Positions 15,382 through 27,300 of a stretch of 64,000 nt of DNA are shown in pieces. A model generated the notes under the pieces. The model worked only from the letters and a program-made list of their open reading frames with translations, was not told the origin of the DNA and searched no databases. Made by a program: the position numbers and the translations under genes. Position 1 is the first letter of the stretch. The number at the start of each line of letters is the position of its first letter. Source of the DNA: Giardia intestinalis (Eukaryota); assembly GCA_000002435.2 (NCBI GenBank), contig CM018789.1; one strand, written 5' to 3'.

Positions 15382-18219
15382 TTATTTTTGACCACGCCCT
15401 CCCAGGTTTGTAGTCAGCTGGACACTCCGTGCTAGGCCAGTGGGATCCGCGTAGTGACCGCTAGCATATGCAAAGCGTTCCTCTTCATCAATCTGAGCCA
15501 GAAAGCAGTTCTTATGGGGTGAAACAAGACCTCCATATGGGACTTGCATTGGTGGCACTCCGCGGCCACTGATTAAGCCTCCTTGTTGGTGGTGCCTTCC
15601 ACTTATCGGGTGAGAGCTGAAGTAGTTTGCTCGGCCCCTACTATACCCTCGGAGGAACGTCGTGGATTGACAACTAGAGCCACTTTTTGATGTTAAGCAC
15701 GTCAAGCTAGAAAAATTAGTTGTGTGTGATGCTACTGTAGAGCGCCTATCTATAGAAGTTTTAGCCTCTATAACTGCGTCCCGCTCTGGGATAGTCTCTT
15801 GATGCTTCCAAAATCTATCTGGAGATGGAGGTTGGTGCAAGACAGGAGTCGTGGGTACGAATGTAGGGGTCGTACCGCTCAAACATTTGTCTATAAAGTG
15901 CTCATAGTTTCTATATGAATTAGCAGATTGAGATCGCGGCGGCACAAAATCAGAAATAGTATTGTTTGCACGCCGTCTTTGGGAGGATGACCAGGGCCGC
16001 GGGTCACTTGCTGCTTGTCTTTGGTTTGCTTTAAGTACCACCTGAGGAGGGGCGATCTGGGGACTCTCATGACGGCAGCTACCCCATTTTGTATATTCCC
16101 CCTCCTTATCTGCTATACGCCTGTCCTGCAAATGCTCGGGAGATGTGAGTTGTCGAATGCGTTCCTCTACTTGTCTCTTTTGTACCTTTTGGTTGCTTGT
16201 ACTAACTTCCTTGGATGGTGTCGCTTGCATCAAGTGTGTGGCACAAGCAGGGAGTTGTGGGCTTATAACGCTCCCGTAGCTATTTGTTTCCATTGCTGCT
16301 TGACGCTTTCGTGAGAGTCGTGCGGACGAAGGGGTAGTAATTTCTCTTCCGGTAGGCCGCCCAGAAAGCTGGAGCGTTGCAACCAATGATGTAGCAGACT
16401 TCACTTTCCTTTTGAACTGCAGCCGCTTCTGCAGATTCACTTCCTCAGGAAACGTATCCATAGAACTGCACTCTTCTCCTGTGTAGTTATACTTCCGCTG
16501 CGGCCTGTGTAAGGCTGACTTTTTAACTGCTAAAATGTGATTCTTAGGAGACGGTGTGGGGAGAAAACTGTTTCGCTTGATCAATGGGGGGAACGAGTCA
16601 TTGAAGGTCACCTCTGCCAGTGGCTCTTCTTGAAGATGTTGTGTCGCAGTTCCCTTCTTCTCTTCTAGCTTTGGGGACAAGCTAAGCTCTCTCCTGCATA
16701 TGGTTGTCTCCACTGTCTGGGCCTCTGACACAAAGGCTAACATGGCGCTCCTAGGCCTCCTGGGCCGCGAGTCGACGGTCAGGCCTGTTGCTACCCGAAG
16801 GGGCGCCGACCTGGGACGAGATTGCTCGTTTCTAGAGAGAAGGCGCATGTGTGCATTGCGCTCCTCTGCTTGCTCTGTTAGAATTTCATGTAATATGCGA
16901 TCTGTGGCTGATATGGAGGTAGCAGGAAGGGGAGCCTTATCTGCTCCTAGATGCAGCTGTGTGTCAGTGCGATAGTCCACATGACTAGATATGTTATTGT
17001 CGGGGTGAGCATAGTCGTCGCTTTCTAAGGGTAGGTTCCTAATTAGGTCCGTACAATTAAGGTATGTTGCATATGTACTAACCTTACCTGCACTGGAGAC
17101 GGTTGGCCTCATCAGTCGCTGAAGACGCTTTCTATCACAATCTTGAGTCTTTGGATAATCTCTGTCAGTATGCCCTTGCACATACAGATTAAGCACGTCC
17201 CCTGTGTATAAAGAAGACCGGTAAAGCGGATGGTTAGAAAACGGGTGTGTTAAGTCAAGGAGCTCACTGTTCAAGGGATTAGTAATCGGTTCACCACATG
17301 AAGTAGTAACCTTTAGAAGATCCGCTTCCTTTAGCGCCTTCTTCTTCCTACTAGGAGTGATTTGCTCTCTATATGAGAGAGCTCTGCCCCTAACATTGAG
17401 CTCAAGAGGCTGCTTTCTACCAGATACAATGCGAGGGCTTCTGGACATTGTTGTGTGATGCACAGATGGCATGCTCATGGTTATATAGGAGATATCTGGT
17501 TTGCTGTTAATTACTACACGGCTAGATTTAAAGTGTGAGCTTCTCTTGAAGCCTCCGTCAAGATAGGTCGTTCTCGCCTCGGGGCCACTGGCTGATAACG
17601 TTCTTTCGGGTGCTGGGATTTTGTGCTTGAAATAGGCCAATTTGATACTTGCGTTACTTGCTTTGAGGGGTACGTGAAGAGAGTTAGAAGCTAGTGTATC
17701 TGTAGAGAGATCAGTGATATCTAGTGCCTGTGACGTATTACATGGAGCAGACTGTTTCTGAGGTCTTGTAGAGGAGGCTGTTGCGGGGAGCGCCGTGGAT
17801 TTCTTGCCTAAATGCGAATCATAGACCTTCTGTTGTCTATCCACTGTTGTGACAGGACAAGGCTTAGGCTTAGCAGTCCGTGGCTTATATGCTTCAATTC
17901 CCAAACCGCTTGTAGGTTGCAGATCGGCTAATTCCACAATAATTTCAGAGGGCATAGAGTAGCCATCAATGGCGCTGTATGGATCGTCGATTGACATGGG
18001 CTGCTGGACAGAGACAGAGGTAAGCTCATGGGGGATGAATTCAGGCTGAATAACGGGATCGGGTCCCCAAGGGTCTGCCTGGGTCCGATGTGGAGGATCA
18101 TCGGTTCCATGATCTACAGGTTTAGTAACGCCATCATCTAAATGAATGACGCTACCTCTGCAATGCTCAGAGATACCAAGTACTGGATAGGTCGCCTCGT
18201 GAGCGATCAAAGACCGCAT
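15382..18219 (-). CDS. large low-complexity hypothetical protein
   Basis: First ATG at 18219 (the track start is GTG). Ser/Thr/Pro/Arg-rich. Its stop is 15 bp upstream of the IscA ATG. Confidence 0.55.
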   Translation of the reverse strand: MRSLIAHEATYPVLGISEHCRGSVIHLDDGVTKPVDHGTDDPPHRTQADPWGPDPVIQPEFIPHELTSVSVQQPMSIDDPYSAIDGYSMPSEIIVELADLQPTSGLGIEAYKPRTAKPKPCPVTTVDRQQKVYDSHLGKKSTALPATASSTRPQKQSAPCNTSQALDITDLSTDTLASNSLHVPLKASNASIKLAYFKHKIPAPERTLSASGPEARTTYLDGGFKRSSHFKSSRVVINSKPDISYITMSMPSVHHTTMSRSPRIVSGRKQPLELNVRGRALSYREQITPSRKKKALKEADLLKVTTSCGEPITNPLNSELLDLTHPFSNHPLYRSSLYTGDVLNLYVQGHTDRDYPKTQDCDRKRLQRLMRPTVSSAGKVSTYATYLNCTDLIRNLPLESDDYAHPDNNISSHVDYRTDTQLHLGADKAPLPATSISATDRILHEILTEQAEERNAHMRLLSRNEQSRPRSAPLRVATGLTVDSRPRRPRSAMLAFVSEAQTVETTICRRELSLSPKLEEKKGTATQHLQEEPLAEVTFNDSFPPLIKRNSFLPTPSPKNHILAVKKSALHRPQRKYNYTGEECSSMDTFPEEVNLQKRLQFKRKVKSATSLVATLQLSGRPTGREITTPSSARLSRKRQAAMETNSYGSVISPQLPACATHLMQATPSKEVSTSNQKVQKRQVEERIRQLTSPEHLQDRRIADKEGEYTKWGSCRHESPQIAPPQVVLKANQRQAASDPRPWSSSQRRRANNTISDFVPPRSQSANSYRNYEHFIDKCLSGTTPTFVPTTPVLHQPPSPDRFWKHQETIPERDAVIEAKTSIDRRSTVASHTTNFSSLTCLTSKSGSSCQSTTFLRGYSRGRANYFSSHPISGRHHQQGGLISGRGVPPMQVPYGGLVSPHKNCFLAQIDEEERFAYASGHYADPTGLARSVQLTTNLGGRGQK

Positions 18220-18306
18220 GTGGATCGCAAACACAAAGCCTTTTATGAAATGGGGAAATCGTGGGCAGAAACCTCACAGTGCGGCAGCACGGTTTACACT
18301 ATACAA

Positions 18307-18834
18307 CTAAAACTGGATTTTTGCATTCATGGCTCCAATGGAGGTAATAAACTTAGTATTTGTAAGCTCTTCCCGTGTACGGCGTTCCTGGGCTTCCCTC
18401 TTTTCAACATTTAACTGCGCACGCTCATCAGATAGAAACTTGATGTCCTCGTATAGCTTATCTCTGGTCTGCACAAGTTTCTTTATGGTTTCCTTGGCTT
18501 TGTCTATGTCGCTGTTATGATGCATGGTCATCTCTCGCTCAACCTCGAACTCGTCATCAAGACGACTGACGTCTGTCTTTTCTGTTGTTAGCTTGTATTG
18601 GAGAGTCATTATCTCGTGGCTCATGGTGGCAATTGATTGCTTGTAACGTGCCCCTTGCTCGAAGATGCGGTCAACCTCCTGCTTCATTCTGTTGTTGCAC
18701 TCATCCTGATCCTGGACCTGCTTTCCGAGAGCCCGGATTTTGTCTCGAAGTTTTGCAGCCTGAGAATTAAGATCCTGAACCTCCTGCTGCTTCCGCTTGT
18801 ATTCATTTGTGACTTTCCTCGCTATAGATGCCAT
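18307..18834 (-). CDS. coiled-coil protein (hypothetical)
   Basis: 175 aa, ATG verified. Heptad-like charged sequence throughout. Confidence 0.5.
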   Translation of the reverse strand: MASIARKVTNEYKRKQQEVQDLNSQAAKLRDKIRALGKQVQDQDECNNRMKQEVDRIFEQGARYKQSIATMSHEIMTLQYKLTTEKTDVSRLDDEFEVEREMTMHHNSDIDKAKETIKKLVQTRDKLYEDIKFLSDERAQLNVEKREAQERRTREELTNTKFITSIGAMNAKIQF

Positions 18835-19021
18835 GTAAGTGCTGCTGTTGGAATGCGACTGAGAATTTTGGCTGTTGGTTTTATGCTAAGGAGTTGAATA
18901 GGAGTTTAATAATTGAAATGTTACCTTGCAATCTTGCAATTATGGGTGAAAGTGTGGTGATGACGGTCCTGCAAGTAATGTTGCTTTTCATCCCTTCATC
19001 TAGGGCATTGTACCGGCAGCA

Positions 19022-21217
19022 TCAGTCCTCTGTGACGATGTGAACACTGCTCGAGCTACTCTCGGACCTTTCCGGCCTAAGACCCAGAGATGCCTGCTTG
19101 GATGTGCGGGGCGGGTCGATCGCGGTACCCTGTGTTTCTTCATATGTAGAATTGTTGATAAGATACTGGAGAACCCAATACTTCATTGCGTTCGCAGATG
19201 TTTGTCGATACAGACCAGTCCAGTCCCCTGATGCCAGGTGCTCGGGGGTCATCTCATCTGGCAGTCTGTACCCATCCTGGAGCATTGATAAAAGCGAGAA
19301 GACAAGAACGAACATGTGATAAGCACAGCTATACTGGTCACGCTGCTGGCAAATCTGCAGGGACACCACAGACTTCCTCGTAAATGGTTCTGGGTGGGGG
19401 CTCCCTGTGGAGACCTCGGAGCCAAGCTGCTTATCAAGCGCATTCATGTACTGTATGATCTGTTTGTTATAGCTCTCATCTACCGGATACTGCAGCATGG
19501 AGTTACACTGAAGGATGTTGTCCACCCATATCAAGGTTGGCCTCCCTGTTTCCTTAGATCCACCGCCACATAGCTTTGTAAGTACGTTGCTCAGCTTAGA
19601 CTGCTTTCCAATGTACATGTAAATAGACCAATGATTATTACAACATATGGGAAATATCACCATGTCAATTAGCCAGAGCCTGGTACGCGCTGTTGGTAAT
19701 TCAGTGGACTCCAGGAAACCCTGTGTCAGGAGATCTACGTTATGATAGAAGGTTGATGCAATGGAGTTGTAAGGACCAAGAAACATGAAGGGAGATGCAC
19801 AGAAAGTTGTTGTTCCATAGAATGTGTCGAACATCAACGAGAAGTGCATCAGGACTATATCAACCATGATGTCGTTCGTGTAACAGTTTCGCCGGAGCTG
19901 CTCAAAGTCACTCCTTTTGGACAGCGACCGAGTAAAGGACTGGGTAACAAGACTACTAGTCAACGTGTTGATGTACTTATCTGCTTTTATGCCCTTATCA
20001 TCTTTTCCTGTCGTGTTCATCAGACAGTCCAGTGAAATGTTATCATCACAAAACTGGGGAACCACGCAGTTGTTATTAATGTGATCAACCACCAATCCCA
20101 CTCTGAGCCGTAGCTTGTTGCAAACCTGCCTCTGCTGATCTTTCGTCAGAGCTGTGAACGCATCTTTACACCAGGAGTCTTTTGGACTGGACAGCTGCTC
20201 TTCGTTAAAAATGCCACCACTCAACACATCCAATAGTAGCGCCGAGAGATTGAAGTATTGCCGATATTTTCTTTTCAAGTTATGTAACGCTACTATCCTT
20301 TTAATGGAGTCCAAGGCTACAATCGTAGAGTAGGGCAGGTTCGTATGCGAGCGTCGTATACTGTAGCATAGCATGGTATCATAATTTATATAATGAGACA
20401 CACACTGTTGCTGGCAAAGAAGGCCAACAAGGTATCGAGACTCCTTATCATACTCTGTAGATCTCATACCCTGTTGGATGAACGAAAGCTTCGGTAACGT
20501 GAACGGGCCCATAATGTGATACTTTACTGGATGCATATCTTTTTCTGGGCCAGATGGGGAGGGATGTTCGACCCAATCAGATGCAACGAGAGTCTGCTGT
20601 CTGGAAGGAGAATTAATAGAAGGTATTTGGCGTGTGGTACAGAGCTCCTGGAGTGTTTCCTGCGTCAATACATCTTGAGATAACTGATCATGCAGCACTA
20701 GAGTCTCAGGGGATACATTCAGCATGATATTGGTGATTGCAAGCATAGATTGAATCTGATTGAGTCGTTGATCTCTGGTCTCTGGAGGAGTGACTATGGA
20801 CATCGAGTGTGTGCTATCGAAGCACCGTGGAGGGGACCCCACGTCTTCGTTGTCATTTTGGAGAGAGGTCCTCGGGTCAGAGAGTCTTGGCTGCGATAGA
20901 CTGCAAGACATCACTGCGGGTTTCTTAGGTATAAGCTGGGCATCCTTAGCCTTTTTGTCAGCTCCTGCGTGACTCGGTGAAAACAGCTTCAAAATATTAG
21001 GCTCCAGACGTGCCATTATAGGAGACAAGTCTTTTGCCACGGCACGGTATGGATTTGGCCGTCGGGGCGGTGAAGCGGGAGGCGCATGCTTAACTGTTGG
21101 CTCCATCACCGCTGCACATTTATTCTTAGGAGACTGACTCGGGGACCGGCGTGCTACAGTCTCCCCAAGAAGACCCTTTTTCAGTGACGCACGCGGCTGT
21201 GGTGAAGGCGCGTCCAT
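19022..21217 (-). CDS. Ulp1/SENP-like SUMO-specific cysteine protease (C48 family)
   Basis: C-terminal 'VIFPICCNNHWSIYMYI' (compare IFVPIhlgvHWcL) and 'QICQQRDQYSCAYHMFVLVF' (compare PQQxNgsDCGmFaC). His and Cys of the catalytic triad are placeable. Confidence 0.5.
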   Translation of the reverse strand: MDAPSPQPRASLKKGLLGETVARRSPSQSPKNKCAAVMEPTVKHAPPASPPRRPNPYRAVAKDLSPIMARLEPNILKLFSPSHAGADKKAKDAQLIPKKPAVMSCSLSQPRLSDPRTSLQNDNEDVGSPPRCFDSTHSMSIVTPPETRDQRLNQIQSMLAITNIMLNVSPETLVLHDQLSQDVLTQETLQELCTTRQIPSINSPSRQQTLVASDWVEHPSPSGPEKDMHPVKYHIMGPFTLPKLSFIQQGMRSTEYDKESRYLVGLLCQQQCVSHYINYDTMLCYSIRRSHTNLPYSTIVALDSIKRIVALHNLKRKYRQYFNLSALLLDVLSGGIFNEEQLSSPKDSWCKDAFTALTKDQQRQVCNKLRLRVGLVVDHINNNCVVPQFCDDNISLDCLMNTTGKDDKGIKADKYINTLTSSLVTQSFTRSLSKRSDFEQLRRNCYTNDIMVDIVLMHFSLMFDTFYGTTTFCASPFMFLGPYNSIASTFYHNVDLLTQGFLESTELPTARTRLWLIDMVIFPICCNNHWSIYMYIGKQSKLSNVLTKLCGGGSKETGRPTLIWVDNILQCNSMLQYPVDESYNKQIIQYMNALDKQLGSEVSTGSPHPEPFTRKSVVSLQICQQRDQYSCAYHMFVLVFSLLSMLQDGYRLPDEMTPEHLASGDWTGLYRQTSANAMKYWVLQYLINNSTYEETQGTAIDPPRTSKQASLGLRPERSESSSSSVHIVTED

Positions 21218-21329
21218 CTGTAAGCGTGGCTGCCTTAAGGGGTAAAAAATCTAAAGCAAAATCCCAGGAGAGGCGCCGCCAGGTCTTTCTCTCAATTCAG
21301 ACACATATAGTTGTAGACATACATTCACT

Positions 21330-24300
21330 CTATTCTCCGACAGAGTACCCATAGCTTTCCTTCATAAGTGTCCTAGAGTATGCTGCTACGAGATTGTGGG
21401 CAGACATCATGTTGGCTAGAGTAGGGTTTTTTCCAGCAAATCTCTCCTTCATCTTGTCCAGATTGCAAGACCCATAATTTACCAATCTGTCGAGGACTGC
21501 CTTTAGCTTCGTGTGTATGTGATCTGCTGCGTCGGAGATACCGATGCTATTAAACTGGACGCATTCTGCGATGTAACGTGCCTTGCTCACAGCAGCCCCG
21601 TGGATGCAGAATGGGTGTCCATGATTGCCTAATATGGTCTCTATGCAAAGCCCGTGCGCTATGCCAATTGAAATGCAAGCCTTTGACAGGACTCGTCTCA
21701 CTCTTTTGACAAAGTAATCCCGCATGTACTCACCTAATGCCAACATATCGCATAGGCAGACAGCAGTGCACAGTTCCTCCTTGGTATACTTTATGTTTGC
21801 ATTTGTGAGATCACTAGCACCAGTTTCATCGCTGAGCAACCCTGCAGTTGACTCCTCCACCGACACTGTCATCGATTCGCTAAAAAGCTTATGGTTGGAG
21901 TCGAAGGCACGATGATGCTCTCCGAATGGGGCATTCATAGAGCTTAAAGATGAGTTAGATATAAACGGCTTCTCTTTGCCGTATATCTTCTTTAGATATT
22001 TATTATTCAATGTTTTCATTGCTATGGGAAGCATAGTCCGGGCAGATTTGAAAAGAGATAGGAGGTTCAATTGTGTGTTACTTACGTAGGACAAGACGTT
22101 ATTCACCATCTCGTCACTGCAAGAGGTTGCGTTGCATTTTGTGTACATTTCGATTTTATAAAACGAGGTCAATGTCACCACTATGTGTCTTCCGAAGCGA
22201 GCAAGATAAAGGTACAGTATCTCTATGAACTCTCGAATTATCTGAAATTGTATGCTGGAGTAGTAGAATGCATCATTTGTCTGTGTTCTAAAAGGAAGTA
22301 TTGAAGACGGGGCCCCTGGGCAGCTTGTTGATTTGGAGCCTTCAGCAGAAGCCTCTACAGAGAACAGGTTTGAAAAGGAGATGACCATGCATATACTATT
22401 AGGAGAAACATCCGCATATCTCCGCATGCCTAATGTTCGGCTATCATTGTAGCTAGTATATCCAAGAACAAACTCGTCAGCAGCAGCGAAAGCATCCTTT
22501 AGTTCGCTACGCAGTTGATGTACATCTTCTCGCTTATGTTTCCAGTGGTGTCTGAGATCTTTTAGAGTCGCATGGGGCTGAGTAACTCGACTGCTTGCGT
22601 ATCTGGGTGAAAAGTGACTTGCAGACCGAGGTGATACCCTGAGTGTGCTGTCATAAAAGTAATCCACGGGACACGCTTTCCAGTGACTTAGCTCTTCACA
22701 GATATGTTTGCTGGTGCCTACAGTTAACTGGGTGCTACATTTGCCATCCGAGAACTGCTGACTGAAGGATTCATTCGCTAACTGAGATACATCGCCTTCT
22801 TTAACGAATTTTAGGCCAAAGGCAGTGTGTTCTTGTAAAGGGTCTTTGAGCTCAGATAACAGTCCAATGCCGTATCCGTACAATTTTGCAGGTTGAAGTA
22901 TCTTTTCGTTGAAAACGTTCCATATGAAGTCTCCTATTCGATACAAGAGATAGCGATGCGATAACGCTCTGTTGCTTATGGAGCTATCGAACAAAAACAC
23001 CGTCATATCAGTGATAGATCCTCTAATGGATGTGTGTGTCTGAGCGATGAATCCACAATTATTGGTAGAAAGCCGTTTGTAACGCCTACAGGTAGCAGAC
23101 ACACTACCAACGTCATTCTCAGTCGAGTCGTCAGGGAGCGTGCAGCACCGGAGGCCCATATTTTTAGCCATCTCGTTATTTATTTCTCCGTCCTTATCCT
23201 TTAAAATGCTCAGGTTTTCATGCATCCGGAGAGACTTGAGAAGCAGTGCAAACATGTGGTCAGATATCACAAACTGGAAAATTCGCTGGGACTGATACCA
23301 ATTTAATAAGATGCTGACCTTGGCCTTCATAATCAAAATGTAGCTAATCAGGAACGGTTTGACATATTTAAATATAAAGAGACATAAAAGTGCCTGGAGA
23401 AGCAGTACATAGGGGGCCACCTTGAAAACGGAGAACTTCATAACAAGAGAGCAAATGAAGATGACGATGTTATTGATGGAAAGAAGCAATGGAGGAACAG
23501 TGACAACGGAAGAGAGGATAAACCAATACGTTACAATACCAAGAAGTGTCAGGAAAAAATCTAGGATTGTTTTTGTTAATACTCCACGCATGTGCACAGA
23601 GCTCTCCAGACAAGCTGCCTGCAGAGCAGTGTAGACGACGAGCTGATGATTATCTCTCATAGACTTCAGCTCACTTCTACAAAGCTTAATGGTCTTGAGG
23701 AGTCGTGTCATCTGGATAATTTGGAAGTTTAGAAGCAGCTCAATATAGTAAGCGTTGATAAATACCAGAAGCGCATAGAGAGATAGCTCCAGTGGTACGA
23801 TCTTGTGCTGTGTCTGGCACTTTCTCGCGTGCCTATCGTAGTAGAGGAATATCAAGTAGACTGTCGGGAGGAAGACGAGTACATAGATTAGCCGTAGAGC
23901 AGAAATTGACATGCCCTTGCCCGTGATAAATTGAGCTAAGATCCAGAAATATGTCCTCTCAGAATTCCATGATAGCGCTACGGAAGACAGGATATTTTCT
24001 ACAGCACCACGTATCGAAATGCAAATCCTGTGGAGCAGCGCCCATTGTAGCTTAGAATTAAGCAACTCTACTACGCGGATCACTAGTTTAAGGCACATGA
24101 CCATAATAGACCTTAGCGGTATGCAAAATGCTTGCTTAAGAACGTTAGCGGGAATAGGTGCGAGGGTGGATACGTAGTTGTGCGCCAAATCGAAAATGCC
24201 GTTGTCGTGGGTGTTATCCCGCAAGACAAGCAGCTGGATTACGAATAGAAGAACATTAGCTTGGAAAAGGACATTCAGCATGCTAAAGTTAGGGCCCATC

Positions 24301-27300
24301 AATCGGAAAAGGAATGCACACCTTTTGGTGCCCTTGTAGAGAATGAATGAGAAGACGGGAAGTAGCATTGACGTGGATTGTAACGTTTCAAATAAGTGGT
24401 TGAGATATGGAATGGAGTCAAAGACATGCCGAGTTGTCTGCTTGGACGCACTGATGTCTACCTTAGGCAAACCAGCTCTGGTTGGGCTATTTTCTTTGTC
24501 ACTGATATAGGACTCTGTCTCTTCGAAGGTACTGGCTTGCTTCCTAAGCCAGGGACCGAGACAGACACCCTTTAAGAGTCTCTGCATGCGAAAACACCAT
24601 GCAAATAGAATTTTTACTATTGCACTGGCCGAGAAACGCAGCTTGGTCCGTCTAGAAGAGGCCTCGTGGGTAGCAACATCTTCGTCTGGAATCTTGGAGC
24701 TATCAACAAAAGGAGTGGGTGATCTGCTATCTACCATATAATCTGTCAATGCCACGTGACACTGATGGTCTGGTTGATTGGATGCAGCAACAAGAGCTCG
24801 AGCTTCCAAGGAATTCTCCCTGGACAGTTGTGCGATCTTCATGCTATTTTGCATGTCAGTACAAGGCTTCTTGACAAATAGCTTGATATTTTGAAAGGGG
24901 CTGTTTCCACTAGACTCGTGTAAGTCCTTTACAGAGTAGTGCCTGTCCATCTGAAAATCCATTTGAGTGTGTGTGTCACTGTTACAAACAGAAGTAGATT
25001 GGAAAATTATGTCATCAACAAGTGAGAGATTCGTTATTCCAACCACACTTCTAATGTCATCGTCACTTTCAAGAGACTTGGTGTAGCGTCTATCAGTGGA
25101 GTCTTCATCAGAGGAAGATTGCGAGTAGTAGCTGCTTGAGGTCATGCTATGTGTTATGTCACGCAAACAGGGACTAGAGGTTGTGTGAGTAGCAATGCAC
25201 TCTTCTGCCTTCTGATATGTGACTGACAAAACAGTGCTCGCTCTTTGGGCAGGATTAGTTGCCTGGTTAGTGGCATCATCTATTTCACAAGTAGAATCCA
25301 TAAGTTCCCCGTTAGAACAGGTAGCTTCGCAATAGGTCGTGCTTGTTAGCGCAGGGCAATCCAACGGAGAGCTGACCAAGTTGAAAATGCTGTTATCTAG
25401 ACTGTCCTCTGAGTCCCTGGATGCCTGTACTATATCCCCGTTTTGATTGGAAAGGATCGACGAGCTAACAGATAGGGAATCATCACTACTAGACAGACCG
25501 GAGTCTGAGGATGGATTGAATTGATTCACAGCTAAGGACGGTGTAATCACGTTGAAGCAAACGTGGTCTACGGATTGGGAGTATTGCTGGCATGGTTCTG
25601 CGATAACGTTGTCTGTCTTTCCCCTTATGATGCTCAGCTGTGTATCCTCGGAAGTCCTCGTGCTGAGTGTTTCTAACAGAAGGCTGCTTGATTCATTGAT
25701 TGTGCTATCCGCGACCAGTTCTAAGGTACTTAGGCTTTTATCATCATCTGAACGGTCTAGATCGACCAAGGTAGAATCTGAAGGAGGAATGCTAGACAAA
25801 AGATGTACCTCCTTTATCACTACGTTCTGGCCAAGGATATCCGTTACGGGTGAGACAGTAGTAGAATTGCTGTGGCAGTGGTCGCTAGAGGGCTTCGACA
25901 TGCCATGCCCGGAACTTGTATGAGTATTACCGAACGCTTGTGATGAAGAAGACAGGTTTGCTTTAGATGTGGACTTCTCTAAAAGCATTGGATTGTAACT
26001 CTGTATATTGGATACTAGAGTATCGCTGGATATGGCAGAGTGCGGGACATTTCTCATTAAGTTATCCCTTGTTCTTGAGCGAGCCAGTTTTGCGGATATA
26101 GAGGATATCTTAGAAATTTGTCTGGTACGAGGTCTGAACCTTTGATGTTGATCTTTATAATATGGTAGCGCTTTGTCTTTGTCTGATAACTCTATGATAT
26201 CTACATCTGTGGATAATATCTCCTCCGAAGTAGCTGTAGTTGTTTCAGCGAGATTCATGATTGCCTTCAGTTCCGATTTTCCACTATCAGACACTTGATT
26301 TGAAAGCAGCTCCAGGCTCTGTGACTTGTTGGGGAAAAGAAACCCTTTCACAGAACGTGACAGCTGACGAGTGAGGAGCTTAGAATTTATAAGAAGAATG
26401 TCTCTTGGAACAATGTCATTTGCTTCTGGAAAAAGAATGAGCATCCCGTCGTAAAGCTCTTCCTGGTAACGCGCTATGCTTTCCTTGCTAATGGTGTGCG
26501 CGTTGAGGACGTGTTTGTAGTACTCTTGAGCACTCATTCGTCCTGAAAACTGACTGGTTTTGTTAACATGTCGCGCTGTGCCGTAGAACATAAGGCAGTC
26601 ATCATCAATCGGGCTAAACTCTATGTCATAGATGTGCTCTAGCGTCTGACAGTTTGAAAGGTTTTTGAGAATGTCAGAAAAAGTTCCAAGGTGTCTAGAC
26701 ATGGTGGAGTAGCATGTTCCCTGAAACTGGGTTAACGACGACGAATCCTCCGAGTCGTACATCTGCATCTCTATCGATGGGTCTCCGAAGAACTGCAGAC
26801 GCGAACTAAAGTCGGCATTACTGTCTTTCCACTTTCCCTTGGGCAGAGGAAGCATTTGCAGCGGATTTATGTGCAGTAAGTTCCCCACATTGCGAGCCGT
26901 GAACGTAAGGGATGGAAACCTGGTCAAGGAAAGCTGTGACTTATTTTTCTTAACCGTAGAAAGAGCTGCCCTTTTCTCGGAGTTCTTAGTTGAGTTGCTG
27001 GCGCGGAACGACGAGCTAGATTCAGAGAGCATATCTGTCAATCCCAGCCACTTGTTGCCAGTAATGTTGGTGCCGGAGTTGGTATTCGTACACGTGTTGG
27101 TAGTTGTTCTTACGCTAAAGGTAAAGCTAGGGTCACTTGACGTGCAGAGCATCTGTAAGGTATTATCATCAGTGCAGCAGTTAGTGAGGCCAGAACAACC
27201 ACGCTTATCGTTCTTCTTTGCTAGTGTCAACTGGTTATCCGACCTGCTATTAACGACATTGCGGTTGTCGTGATTACTGCTCATCTTATGTGTGAGTCCC

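Noticed and set aside
18940-19021. Box C/D snoRNA, based on an exact C-box GUGAUGA at about 18956
   Set aside because: No CUGA D-box within 100 nt downstream and no terminal stem, on either strand.
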